From Marsupella aquatica (Eukaryota > Plantae > Marchantiophyta), in assembly GCA_973895155.1 (NCBI GenBank), contig OZ316893.1, positions 12,416,359-12,480,358 of the forward strand: a DNA stretch of 64,000 bases, read 5' to 3'. This document shows, in pieces, positions 39,151 to 51,177 of the stretch. The translations under genes were made by a program, and so were the position numbers. Positions within the stretch are counted from its first letter, which is position 1. Each line of letters opens with the position of its first letter. The notes beneath the pieces were generated by a model. It was not told the origin of the DNA. It saw only the letters and a list, made by a program, of their open reading frames with translations, and did not search any database.

Positions 39151-40218
39151 GATCTAAGGGCGGCCAAGAAAGCCCAAGATGAACTGCGGATTAAGCGGCA
39201 TGAACTGAACATCATGCAGGGGCAGTTGGACACAGCGTAGGCTGATAATCAGATTATCAAGGATAAATTGACTCAGACCCAGGGAGAATTGGCCGACGCA
39301 ATCAAGGACAGGGAGAAATGGAAGAAGGAGCTGAGAAACGCAGATGAGGCCCATATAGCAGTCAACAACCGGGTCACGGCGGAGACTCAGAGAAGGGAGA
39401 GGGCGTTGAAGGGGGAGCTCGAGAAAATCCACGGAGTCCTTGAGCAGAAGGAGGCCGAGTTAGGGAAATCCTATCAAGGGATTATTGCGCTACAGCAGGA
39501 GCTTGCGTCCCTGACGGCCAGCTTTAAGGCCGACCTGCGGGAGAAGGACGCCCAGCTCAACCAGACTTATGCCAAGATGAATAACATGGAGTCTGAGGTC
39601 GTAGCGGAGCTCGACAAGGAGCTAAGAGCAACCCGGGAGGAGAGGGCTACCACCAAGAAGGAATTGGAGGAAGCCCACAGGGAATTGGAGGAAGCCAAAA
39701 ACGAGCTGGAGAAGGCACGTAAGGACCTGGATGAGACCCAGGAGGAGTTGGAGGAAATCACAAGGAAGATGGAGAACCTACAGCGGCGGGCCGACAACCA
39801 AACTGAGCGGCTGAAGAAACAAGCCGCCGTATTTAAATGCTTAGCTGCATCAGGTCCATCTCCCGTTGGGGCAAACCAGTTACCAGGGGTGGTAATTACC
39901 GAAGGACCAGCCGTGACACACGGCCCGGTGCCAAACATTGGCGGCAAAGGGAAGGAACAGGCTGTGGAGATAGTGAAGAAGAAGAAGCGGAAACCTTCGG
40001 GGTCCAAAGGTTATTCGACCCCTCAAGCCGTACTCAAACCAGCGCCAACCTCTGGCATGAACACGACAATAGATTCCGCTATCACCAAAGGTGGGGATGG
40101 CGCGGTCCAAGCCGAACTACTCAGTAATGAGGCCGGTATCCCAGATCCACCTCTTGAGCAGGCTGGGGAGACAGTGGCTGAAGCCGAGGCTGAGGCCGTA
40201 GCCGAGAATGATTCCTGA
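39151..40218 (+). pseudogene. 5'-truncated coiled-coil ORF, antisense within the second retroelement
   Basis: E/K/L-rich heptads (ELEEAHRELEEAKNELEKARKDL) and a KKKKRK patch. The frame continues upstream of 39268, through one TAG, to the junction at ~39150. Confidence 0.6.
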
Positions 40219-41259
40219 GCCGATGCCGAAGCCGAGGGTGGGCCCAGTCAGGCCGATGAAAAGTTGACTCGGTCAGAGGCAGGTAATCTGTCAGAGGACG
40301 GACCAACGGCAGTGGTTGCGGAGGAAGCATTGGGGGCGTCCATTGAGGATCCACCACCGGTGTCGTGACGGTGCAAGGGCGCCATTCCTTTTAGGAAGGG
40401 CGGACGTGGAGGTAGGAGGCGTGAGTGGGCAGGGCGGGCGTTGATCTCCAAGTTTAGGATTAGGATCAGGACCAGGAGCGGCCCTGACACTTAGCTTAGT
40501 GGGATTGCGGTTCCACTGGTAGGAGCAACACTTGTGCTCCTGCCTTGCTGTACATAGGTAGTTTCGGGCAGGTAGATTACTGTTCGGTAGATTAGGCTTA
40601 CGTTGCAAAGAATTAGGCGGATCCACTACCAGGATAAGTACCTGGGCAGCGGGGAGCCAAGGGCCTCTTCTTTAGCAAGTTTTTAGTTTGCACCAGCCGG
40701 GCTGGGATCAAGTAGTAAGAGAAGCTCTCGGTTAGTCATACCGTGACCTTGTGTATATTCATGTTTCCTCATGCCTAAGAGCTGAATAGAGTTGGCCTCA
40801 CGGCTTAGTTCGCAGAGCTTGTGTATGAGATGTACTGTTTGTATGGCAAGTGCATGGTATGACTCAGTCAGAAGGAGTCATTTTGCTATTTGTGTGTTGC
40901 ATTAACTTGTGTGAAGAGTGCCCACATCTACCAGAAGGAAGGAAAGTAAACAAGGGAGTGAGAGTTGGATGTGTAGAGCTGAGAGAGGTCTTAGCGGCTT
41001 AACCAAGCCTATTGGGGATCATTCCGGCGGCGGAATCCAAACATACCTAACCAGAAGGAGAGGAAGACAAGGGAAGGCCTAGATTAGGCCGGCTACGTAT
41101 CTCATGACCCGATGAAGGATCTGTCCAGTATATGTGTGTAAAAGGCTAATAGTAATAGTAGGAGGAGGTTAGCAGCGTCCCATGCCGCTAAGCCGCGGAA
41201 ACGGCCTCGCCAAGCGCAAAACCTGCGGGAATCGGCTTGAGCTGGGGGGTTTCTTGGGT

Positions 41260-44250
41260 TTAGGGAGCCATGGGACGCACCACATCCGCTGACCAGGGAA
41301 TGATAATAGTGGGGATTCCAAACCGAAACTGCCGTTTGCCCCAATCACTTGTGACCTTGGCCACATACAACCATGGCCTGCCAATTAAGATGGGAAAACC
41401 GTAGGGCCGAACGGGTCGCATTACCAAATAGTTGAGGGGAAAAGATTTTCCCCCAATCATTGTTGGAATCTTGGTGAGACACCCCAGCGGCACCACCCGT
41501 GCCCCATCAGCCAGCCTCATGGCACGTGCCGGTGGTTCTAACTCCGTATACCCCAACCGGTTTGCTGTCTCCTCAGTCATAATGTTGACTCCCGAACCCC
41601 CATCAACCGGTACAAACCGTATCGCACATCCGTTGATGTCCACCGTGAGTTCTGGGGCACCCAAATCCTCCGTGACCCAGTTGACTTGTATGGGGTCAGC
41701 CCCAACTTTGGGTAACCTTCTTCTACGTCTCCTCCTCATAAGAATCTCCTTGACTTGGCGGCGGTAGAGGGAGCTATCACGTAGCAATTGCCCAATTGTG
41801 GCACTGACTGGACAATCTAGAATATCTTGAGCAATGTTGTACGCAGTTGCAGGAGGTATGGGTGGGATGACCTCCTCTCCTGGTTTCCAACGAACAACCT
41901 TCTCCTCCGCTTTCTTTCTGGCCTTTGCCTCCTCTAGGTCTTTGTCAATGGCCGCTTGCATGGCTTGTGCTTCTAGCTCCTCCAGCTGCTTGCGTACCTC
42001 TTCTCCCACCTTTGGGTAGAACAACTTGGGGTTATCCCGATCAAAGTCGCTATCTTCCATGGGTGGCACCTCCGGTTCGTGTGAGGTGCCCGATGTGGAA
42101 GCTTGATGCACCTCCTTGTACTTCTACTTGAGTTCAGACTTGTCCTTCTTTTTCCCAGACCGAGTGGAGACCCGGTAACAAGAGTAGTGTCTCCTCTCAT
42201 CATCACTGTCCACCTCCGGCAAATTTTCAGCGTGAGTCCACTCATGACTTGGGGACCGTGTGTGCTCAACAACTTCTGAAGTGACAACGACCACCAAAGG
42301 TGCCTCCACAACTGGAGATACTACAACGATTGATGGTACTAACTCCTCCTTGATGGTGACCAGCCTCTGCTTGGGAACGTCAACTACGGGCTCTTCCCGT
42401 TTTGTGACCAACTCCTTTGCAAGGGTGAACTCAAGCGGGTCAACCGCTTCCGTGGCAAGAAAGTTGACGTTAGCTTCTTTGAGCGGGGGTGGTGGTCCCT
42501 TCTTCTCCGGTCCTCCAGCTTGTTGAGCCTTGATTGCTTCCAAGGTTGGACAGTGTGGTGCAAGATGACCCTCCCCCTTGCACAATTGACACAACCGGGC
42601 AAAATCTCCGTTCCCTTGACGTGTGGGCTCCGGGCACACGTTAGTGTAGTGGCCAGCTACTCTACAATTGTAACAGATAGGGATCTTTCTTACTCCCGGA
42701 TACGGTGGCCTATTCCCGGAAGTAGCGTTGGAATAGTTGGCATATGGGGGTGCTCCAGCGTTAGTCGAGATCCCATGAATGCTCCTTGGTCCCGGGTTGA
42801 GCGGCTGCACACTATACACATTTGCCTCCGGTGGCTCCTCCATGAAGTACTCGATTGGCCCCTCCGTTGCGTAGGAAGAGGTTGAGTAGCTAGCTCCTTC
42901 TACGTCCTCCTCCCGTACTTGGAAGACCTTGGCTGGTTCTCCCGCTGGACACTCCTTCGGGGCATGACCAAACTTCATGCACTTGGTGCACCACACGTTG
43001 GCTCTCTCTACTGGAACCTTTCTCCTCTCTGGCTTGAGACCTGCAAAGTGCACCTTCAACGCTTTCATTTGCTCTGTCAACTCATCATACCTGGCCTCTT
43101 GCTCCTTGAGACGTCTTGCCGTAGACAATGGGGTAACGGCCACCGTGGGTAGCACAACTTCTCGATGAGTCAACTTCTTGGCCTTCTTGGACAACTTCTT
43201 CTTCCTCTTCTTTCGCTTCTCAGCTTCTGACTCCGTAGTGTCTGACTCCGTAGTGCTCTCAGAGTCCTCGGATTCATCACTACCATCTGACTCGGATTCA
43301 CTTGATTCCTCACTAGTGGAACTGTTCACAGGCTTCAACTTCTTTCTTCGGCAGCGCTTGCTCGTGGCATCGGCGGCAGTGTATGACTCCGCTGCTGCAA
43401 TAGCCTCAGCCAATGTGGTTGGCTTGGCCTGTCATACAAAGAACCCCATCTTGCTTGGTAGGGCAGCTACAAACCACGCTTGTCGCATAGCATCATCGGT
43501 ACGGGCTTGTATCCGCCGTACCAACTTCTGGAATCTTTGCAAGAACCTCCGTAGCGACTCTTTCTTCTTCATCCTAAGTTGACCCACCTTCAACAGGGAT
43601 GTGGCTTCCACTCCAATAGATCGGAACTCCTTCAAGAATGCTTGCTTGAACAAAGCCCAATCAACCTTCACGTTGGGTAGCAACGAGATGAACCATGGCC
43701 CTGCCTCCCCCCTCATCATTCCGGGAATGATAGTTAGCTTGTGGGCAGATTCTCCATTGGCTTCAGCGATCCCTTCAAATTCTTCGATCCATTCGTCTGG
43801 GTCATCTTTTGGTCTTCCCTTGAAGGGTACGTACTGAACACGGGTACGTTGTGCAGCTGCCATCGGTGCAGCTGGCCCCCGTATCAACACCGGCGGTAAT
43901 GGCGTACGTTGGGCCACCGGTAACAGCAATGCTGATAGGTGTGAGATGATTTGTGGCAATGCAGTGAGCTCTGGGATCAGATTTGGCCGTAACTCAGACT
44001 GTACCAACACAAAGGGCTCCCCTTCTTCTAGCATGTGATCTACGTCTGGCTCTTCGTCTGGACGTATGGCCTCGTTGTGTTGAGACCCTTCTTGCGGCAC
44101 ACCAAATTGTTCTTCTAGCTCTCGTGGCAACCTCCTCTCTTCTGCGAGCCGTAATTGTTCTTCAGCAGCAACCCAAGAGGACACTCGGTCTAGCTCAGGC
44201 GTACGTGAGTGTTGGGGGCTTGCTCTCCCTCCCCTTCTTCCTCTCGGCAT
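41260..44250 (-). pseudogene. Gag-aspartic protease ORF with two in-frame stops
   Basis: Retrotransposon gag (PFKGRPKDDPDEWIEEF..W..FKQAFLKEF..ESLRRFLQRF), three CCHC knuckles, protease VDGGSGVNIM..ILIGRPWL. ORFs 43432-44250, 42124-43413 and 41260-42111 share one frame. Confidence 0.85.
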
Positions 44251-44466
44251 CCCATTGAGACCTGCATGCCAAGCTCACGCAAAAATATCACCAACAAATC
44301 TTCCTCAAACATCAACCATCGCAAGTTGCATTGTGGTTGACATACAATCACAGAGTAACCAAGAAAAACTTCTCAAGTATCAACCGTCGCAAGTTGCGTT
44401 GTGGTTGATACGCTTGAACTCCAAATAGACGTAGCTCCCCTCCTCCTGCAACCAAACAAGGAGAAG

Positions 44467-44486
44467 GATCCCCGGCAGCGGCGCCA
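44467..44486 (-). other. Primer-binding site complementary to the tRNA-Asp 3' end
   Basis: Minus strand TGGCGCCGCTGCCGGGGATC, near-identical to the Athila-type PBS TGGCGCCGTTGCCGGGGA. Confidence 0.85.
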
Positions 44487-45699
44487 AAAACAAGGACCTC
44501 ACTTATCTCACTTGCCTATCCAACGATTAATACGTGCAAACCATACTTTTCTTTGCTTAAACCGTTGGTATCGTATTACGGGGTCGTGGAGGGACGCTAT
44601 TTGGAAGATTTTCACACCTAAGGATGAGTATGTTTGATTCCGCTCCCGGAAGTGTACTTTTTGATCAAGTCTACCAACTGGTCTCTCCGTTTTTGATCAA
44701 GTCCAAGGGACTGGTCCTACCATCTACAACTCATGCCCACCGGGTGAGTGCTGTCACCACCCCCCTCTCGTGGGCAAGCATACAAACGTTTACAATAAGG
44801 TTTGAACACTAGTGACCAGGGCAAATGTTTCCACAACGAAACCGACCACATGCACTAGGGGAGGAAAACAAACAACACAAGCAACAACAAGCCAAATAAG
44901 CCAAATAAGCCAACAAGCCAAACTTAAGTGACACAAAATATTGGAACCTCAAGCCAAATCCATATCTCTTGGTGTTTCCCGTAACACATGCAAGGACAAC
45001 CCGGCCTCTTGCCGTCTGCCCAACTCCTGCCTCCCTAGCCTGGGACAAGTGCTACGTTCTCCACCTCACTACTCTGGCTTGAACTTCACCTAATCAGTGC
45101 GCTACTCACAAAAGCTACTCAAAAGCATCAAAGCACTATGCTGAGTTCCCCCCTCACTACTTCGGGGCTCTCCCCCTAAATACCAAAAAACACACCAAAG
45201 CACCCCTCACGGGGCCACAATGATGGCGGCTTACCCTAGCGGTGTCGCTAAACCCTTCACTAAGAAACCTTTAAACTAAAAGCATGCGGCACACACATGC
45301 TTCTAAAACCCTAAACTAACTATGGGACTGACGGTGCCTTCGACGGTGCCCCAACATCGCTCCGTGAACCGCAAAAAAAAACAAGGGACCCCACAATGGC
45401 CGAAACTAGGTTCCCTTCCACTTGCACTTCTGATTTCACCCATGGATAGCTCTCCCCCTCCTGATCACGAATCACTCAACCGCTCTCGAAACGGACATCG
45501 GACGACCAAGTTATGGCCGTTTCCGTATCCCGTAACCACAACTTTGTCGGGCCATAACCTGCTCATCCTGGCTCCGTTTGAGGAGCGCCACCCCTTGTTG
45601 GAATCAGCTCCGCGAGCTCTTTCCAACAAGCCCGTGAGTGACCCCTCACAAAAAAGTTGGAAAGTCCAGGGGCCGTACAACCACGTCCGTACGACCACC

Positions 45700-47578
45700 C
45701 TAGTCCTCCTCATCCTCACTCACGGTGCCATGGCTTGAGCCCCGTGAGTTGGTCTCCTCATCACTCTCCACTGGAGTGAGTGCCACTTCACTTCTCTTCT
45801 TCTTTACCGTGGTACTCCCTGTGCTAGTGTTCCCCTGCTTTCTCAAATTGGCCAAGGCCTGCCACGCCTTAATGTACCCCTCACCAATGGTGTCCTTCCA
45901 TAAGGCCGCCTCTTCACCGGACCGCAACTCCAACGGTAAAATCTGCCCGGTGGCCATGGGAGTCCCAGGGGTGATAGATCGGGGTAGCATCCCCGGGGTC
46001 CCCGTGTTGACCTGAGCCTCTCGTAACGATTTACGTACCTCCCTGAGCTTCTTCTCTAAGCTCTTGCTTTTCTCTTGACTCTTCTTGGCTGCATCCAACA
46101 GGGGCCCATACTTCCCACTGACTTCCTTCACCACCATCTCAATGGCCCTGGAGATCAAATCCGGGGAAAGTGTGGAGCTAGGTGTGCAGGGGTTCTTCCG
46201 TTTCCCCAGACTCAAGGCTTCACTCCTCTTAGCCCTTGTCTCAAAGATCACCAATTGACTCCGTAGTGCTCCCACCTGGGCTCTTAACTCCACCATTTCT
46301 CCAGAATTCTGCTTCTCTTTGGCCAATGCTTGTTTCAATACTCCAACCTCTTCCGCTTCCTTGGCCTTGGTGGACAAGGCTCCCTTCAAGTTGGAAATCT
46401 CTACGTGAGCTGCTTGGAGAAGTTTAACCTTCTCATGAATGGCCTCCTCCTTGGCCTTGATCACCTCCTTCATAGACAAGGCACTCTGCTCCAAAGTCTC
46501 TACTCTGGCGGTGGCCTGCTTGAGAGAATCTCTCAATGCATGGACTAGCTTGAGTCCCTCATGGACTCCCTCCCGGAATTCCCGTAACTCCGCCAGGTAG
46601 ACATCAGGAATGTCATAGACCAGGGGCTCCTCCGGATTTCCCACAAGTGATTCAAGCCACTCCAATGTGGAGTCCTCATCCCGGTTTTCTTCCTCTCTAT
46701 TATCATCTCCAACCGCCGAGGATGATCCCTCCGTTAGTTTTCCCAAGATGGTAGTGGCAATACTCCTAATTTCCGTGGTAAGGGATGATCCAGTGTCTGC
46801 CTGTCCCGGGGAAACAATCCACCCTTCTGCTCTGGCTAGCAAAAATGACCCCATCAAACGTACAGCCCCACCTGGTTTCACACTCCCGGGATCGGCGTCC
46901 AGTAGCTTCTTCAACCCGTAGTACCACCATCTGTACACATGGGCTGGATAGTTCTTGATGTCCATATATAGCTACCACGAAGTGCTCTCCATTCACCACC
47001 CCTGATTGCACGTTACCAAGGACCCGTTGATGAACCTTGGCCAGAAATCCCTTGTGCTCAGCATCCTTGACGGCGGAAAGAGGGATGGAAGTAGTGGAGG
47101 TGGGATTAATCACCCAACCGGCCACCATCATCAATGTGAGCTCTCCCCTTATGTTCCGAGGTGTGAATGAGAATTGTTGGTTCTCTAGAAACAGAAGCTT
47201 AGCTAACTCTACATGGGGCACTACCCGTTGGAGACATTCAAAGTAAATTCCTTCCGTACGTAACTCCATCCCGGCCCCAATGTTCCAACTCTTCCCCGAA
47301 GGGATTGTAATCTCCACCTTCATGAACTCCGTGAGCCCGGTGGCCAGAAAAATATTCCTACAATCCTCCATCACCTTGGCAGAGGTTTTGGGATAAATTT
47401 GACGAAAAACCTTCCTCATAACCGGTGCTGGACTTGCTGCCGGTCCAGTACTCATCGTAGCGTCCCTCTCTTCTCTTTCTCTTGCAATCAATGTCTCAAC
47501 GTAGTCACGGTAAGCAGCCTTGTATCTCCGAATGCGTGCCTCACTAAACTCTGGTTGATCCAGCATCCATGCATCCAA
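45700..47578 (-). pseudogene. Retroelement accessory ORF (globular N-half, coiled-coil C-half) split by one frameshift
   Basis: Overlapping ORFs 46766-47578 and 45700-46965 join at an (AT)n run at ~46963-46970 (GCTATATATGGAC). Confidence 0.6.
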
Positions 47579-49148
47579 AAATCCAATCCTCGATCACCAA
47601 ATCCCGTTACCCGTAGCAATGTCAATTCCCTGGCCCAAAACGGCCCCCGTATCCCAATCAATCAATTACTCTCAATCCCCCCAGAAGCCACTCCGTGCTG
47701 CTGCCGCTAATGCCCGGAAGAATCAGGCCACCAAGCCCCACCAATCTACCATGAGAGAGAGCTTCAAAAATAATTAGAAGGTGGAGAGAGCTTTCGGCAA
47801 GGTGTTGGGAGAGAGCTCGAGTTTTGCTTTCGGCACGGAGAGGGTCGTGCAAAAGAGGGAGAAAAGAAGGGAAGAAAAACAAAAAACCCCCCCCAAAAGC
47901 CTCCTTTCGCCTTGCGCCCCGGTGCCCTCTTTCGCCTGGCGCCCCGGTGCCCTCCTTTAATGGCCCTCCCCGGTGCCCTATGCCCCCCTGCGCCTCACTC
48001 GCGGGAGCCCTAAATGCCCTGGGCACGCAGCCCTATGGGCTCGCCCCGGCCACCTCGCCATCTCCCCCCTTCTCACGGGAGTCCCTGCTGCGCTCTCCTT
48101 TAATGGCCCTCCCCAGGCCCCGATGCCCCCCTGCGCCTCACTCGCTTTGGGCCCAGCTCCCGGTACCCTTCCGTAGCGCTCCCCCTGGTATGGGGAATTA
48201 AATTCCCCCCTTCCCTTTACTCCCTCACGGAGAGTTAATACTTTCCCCCCGACTCCTTCCTTCTCCTCGGCTGTGGCTCCGGCTGCCCTTAAATGGCACG
48301 CGGCCCTATGCAGGGCTCGCGCTCATCTTTTCTTTTTGGGGGGAGAATTTTAACCCCTCCGGCTCGCCCCCGTAGCGCCTGCTTGTCCCGCTCGCGGTCT
48401 TCGTACGCCATGGCCAAGCCTGCTACTCGCGGTGGCCCTTCAAACGGGGGATTTAATTCCCCCCGGCAGCCCTCTCCGACTTGCGGCCACCCCCGTAGCG
48501 CCTCACGGGAGGGTTTAATACCCCCCTCCTTTTCTCCTCCGCCACGGCCCCCGTAGCGCCTCGCCCCGACTGCCCTTACTCAGCCTGGGGATTCCACATG
48601 GCGGCTCTAGGGCTGCCCTTTATGGGCCCCCAAGTGCTCGCCCCGGCCACCTCGCTAGTACTCGCGGTGCCCCTTAAGGGGAAATTTTAATTTCCCCCCC
48701 AATACCTCGGTGCCTTGCGGCTGCTGCCGCGCCTCACTTCCTTCATCTCGCGAGGGCTCCTTAATGGGGAATTTTAATCCCCCCCTTCAGCCTTACCTTA
48801 ACGCTCCTCCGGTGGCACCTCGCTTTTCCCATATTCAGTAAAGGTTAGCACTCCTCCTAAACCTTATTGGGGTCTCAACAAAAGAAAGAGGGAATCAGGA
48901 CCTAAGGGAAACAGGGTGTCCACTTAGACCGACCCTAGTGTCAAGGTCCCAACATCCTGCTTGCTGGGGAGCCTTAGGCCTCCAAACTATTAGGATATCC
49001 AAGAATGTAGAGACCTCCGGGGCATAGCAACCCATAATGACGGTCGTAACAAAAAAACAAAAAAAACGGCTTATTTACAATGGTTATTTACACTCGCAAC
49101 ACTGCGCGACCATTATTCATGATTTTGAGTGACGGGGACCCCGTCACA

Positions 49149-51177
49149 CCTGATGACGAGGAGAACTGGTGACTGAGTCCTCGTCGGAATCACTGTTTGA
49201 AGGTGCACTGCTGACTGCTACCAATGCCGCTAGCCGAAACTGTGCCCCACTCCGAGTGAAACCGGTCCGTCGTCCATCGGGTAACCCAGCAGCACCAGAA
49301 GAATCCGTGGTGACCAACCTAACCTAATCTATATGCTAACCCTAAGGGCAATCTGTCCCTGTCAGCAACACAAGCACTCACCATGGTGTGTTGGGCATCA
49401 TTCCAACATCACCAGGAGAGAAATACGTAGCACAACTAGAATGTCCGGTTGCAAACCCGGATCACTCCTATAGAATCAAGCGCCCACGCCAAACTAACAT
49501 GGCGCATAAACAGGAAGCATATGTGAAGAGGATCCAATCAACAAGAAGAGATCCACAATAACTCTCCACATCAATAGTTATCATACATCAATCAAACAAT
49601 GTTTATAATGTTCAATGTGGGGCCTTCATAATAGGACTCTCAATGTTCAATGTCGTAGTTAAGGATCCATGCTCAATTGGTTCAATCCATGTATCTAGAT
49701 GGATTCAGAAGCATCAAAAACCTTACGGGAGCTTATGATTTGCCCCAAAATGGCAATCTAAACAAACTAGTATGTGTATAAAATGCCTAAGTGCTCATTC
49801 CATTAACATCAAAGTGGAAAGGAGTGTGTGTACACAAGAGCACTTAAGAACCACATAGTTAAGCGTGTGGGGAAGGAATAGCTTTGGGATGGGTGATCTC
49901 TCACTTGTAGTTATGCACCAAATTGGCCGCTCCAAAATCAGCAGCTTGCAAACTACTCCTCACGTACCAGCAAGCTTGCTGGCCTGCCCGCTCCTGCTCC
50001 GCCCTCACGCCCCTCATCCCGAGTAACGCCTCAAAGCCTCAAAATGCCAAGATGAGCCAAAGAGTGGGGGCCCTTCACGCCCGCTACGCCGGATGTGACT
50101 TCGGGTTTCGACAACATTCAGACTTCCACCCTTTGTTTCCCTTTGCAAAATGCACAACAGCAGCGTGGCAGCATTTAGGGTTCCGCGACAACATCGACGT
50201 CTGTTCAAACGCTGCGCCAGACCGACTTTCAGATTCAGCGACATTCAAACTTCGCCTTCACAAAACGCATCAACGTTCCTGGCGGGTGGCTGCTTCCGGA
50301 TCGGCGCATGATGGTCGCTTCGGATCAGCGCCAACAACGTACAGTCTGCACCGCCAAATCAGCAACATGTAACAGTCATTTCCTTCACAAAAACGTGGTT
50401 GTTGCTCCTACTCGACAGCCATCTCGGTTACACTTAGCGCCGCGTCCCTTTGTGAAACCATTGGAACCATTGGAGCCAGATTCGGCAACATGCAATAGTC
50501 GTTCCCTTCTGAGAAATGTAGGTTCAGTGTGCGGAGTGCATCGGTCTTCGGCTACAGATCCAACAACATTTGCCGGATCGATCCCTTTACATGCGGGCGG
50601 CAACAACACACTGTCCGATCGCAAATCAGCAGATCGAACATTCACAGAGCACAGCACTCGATAACCTCCAACTCCAGATCCGCTCAAGAATGAAACTCAC
50701 ACAATCTCAACTTGGATCCACATACCGGCGATCCAATCAAGCAATACGATGCACGATCCGAGATACCACGAACCGTTGTCGAACACAATCAAACTGAAAA
50801 TCGAAACTCTGTCCAACAACAGCAGAGTCCGATGCCTGATCTGTCAATGTAATCTCGCTACAATCGGCACAACGATCCCGGTCAACAATACCCCATCGAT
50901 CCCGCATCGATCCGATCACACACGTATGTCAAGCCAACGCACCTTGCACTACTCAAGGAATCCACGTTACACAAGCGGAGCTCACAGCCACCATAGCCAC
51001 TCAAGCTCCTCTCTCTCCAAGGCTCAACATTGAAAGATGACCTTTCAATGCCTCACAAGTGACAAGTACCCTCTCACACAAACCTGACAGAACCTTATCG
51101 GCTCATATAGCACACATACCAAATATACGGATCTAGATAGTACGATACACTCTAACACTACCTAGAATGGTGTGACA
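49149..51177 (-). mobile_element. Probable 5' LTR/leader and gag N-terminus of an interrupted LTR element
   Basis: Candidate TG terminus TGTCACACC at 51177. An open frame ..GRRTGFTRSGAQFRLAA..SDSDEDS.. at 49149-49325 is cut exactly at the second element's terminus. No matching second LTR seen. Confidence 0.4.

Larger units (their letters stand above)
39151..49148 (-). mobile_element. Non-autonomous Ty3/gypsy-type element (gag-protease only) with a tRNA-Asp PBS; 3' end lost
   Basis: Candidate TG terminus at 49148, PBS at 44467-44486, gag-PR at 44250-41260, no RT/RH/INT, abrupt junction at ~39150. Confidence 0.7.
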
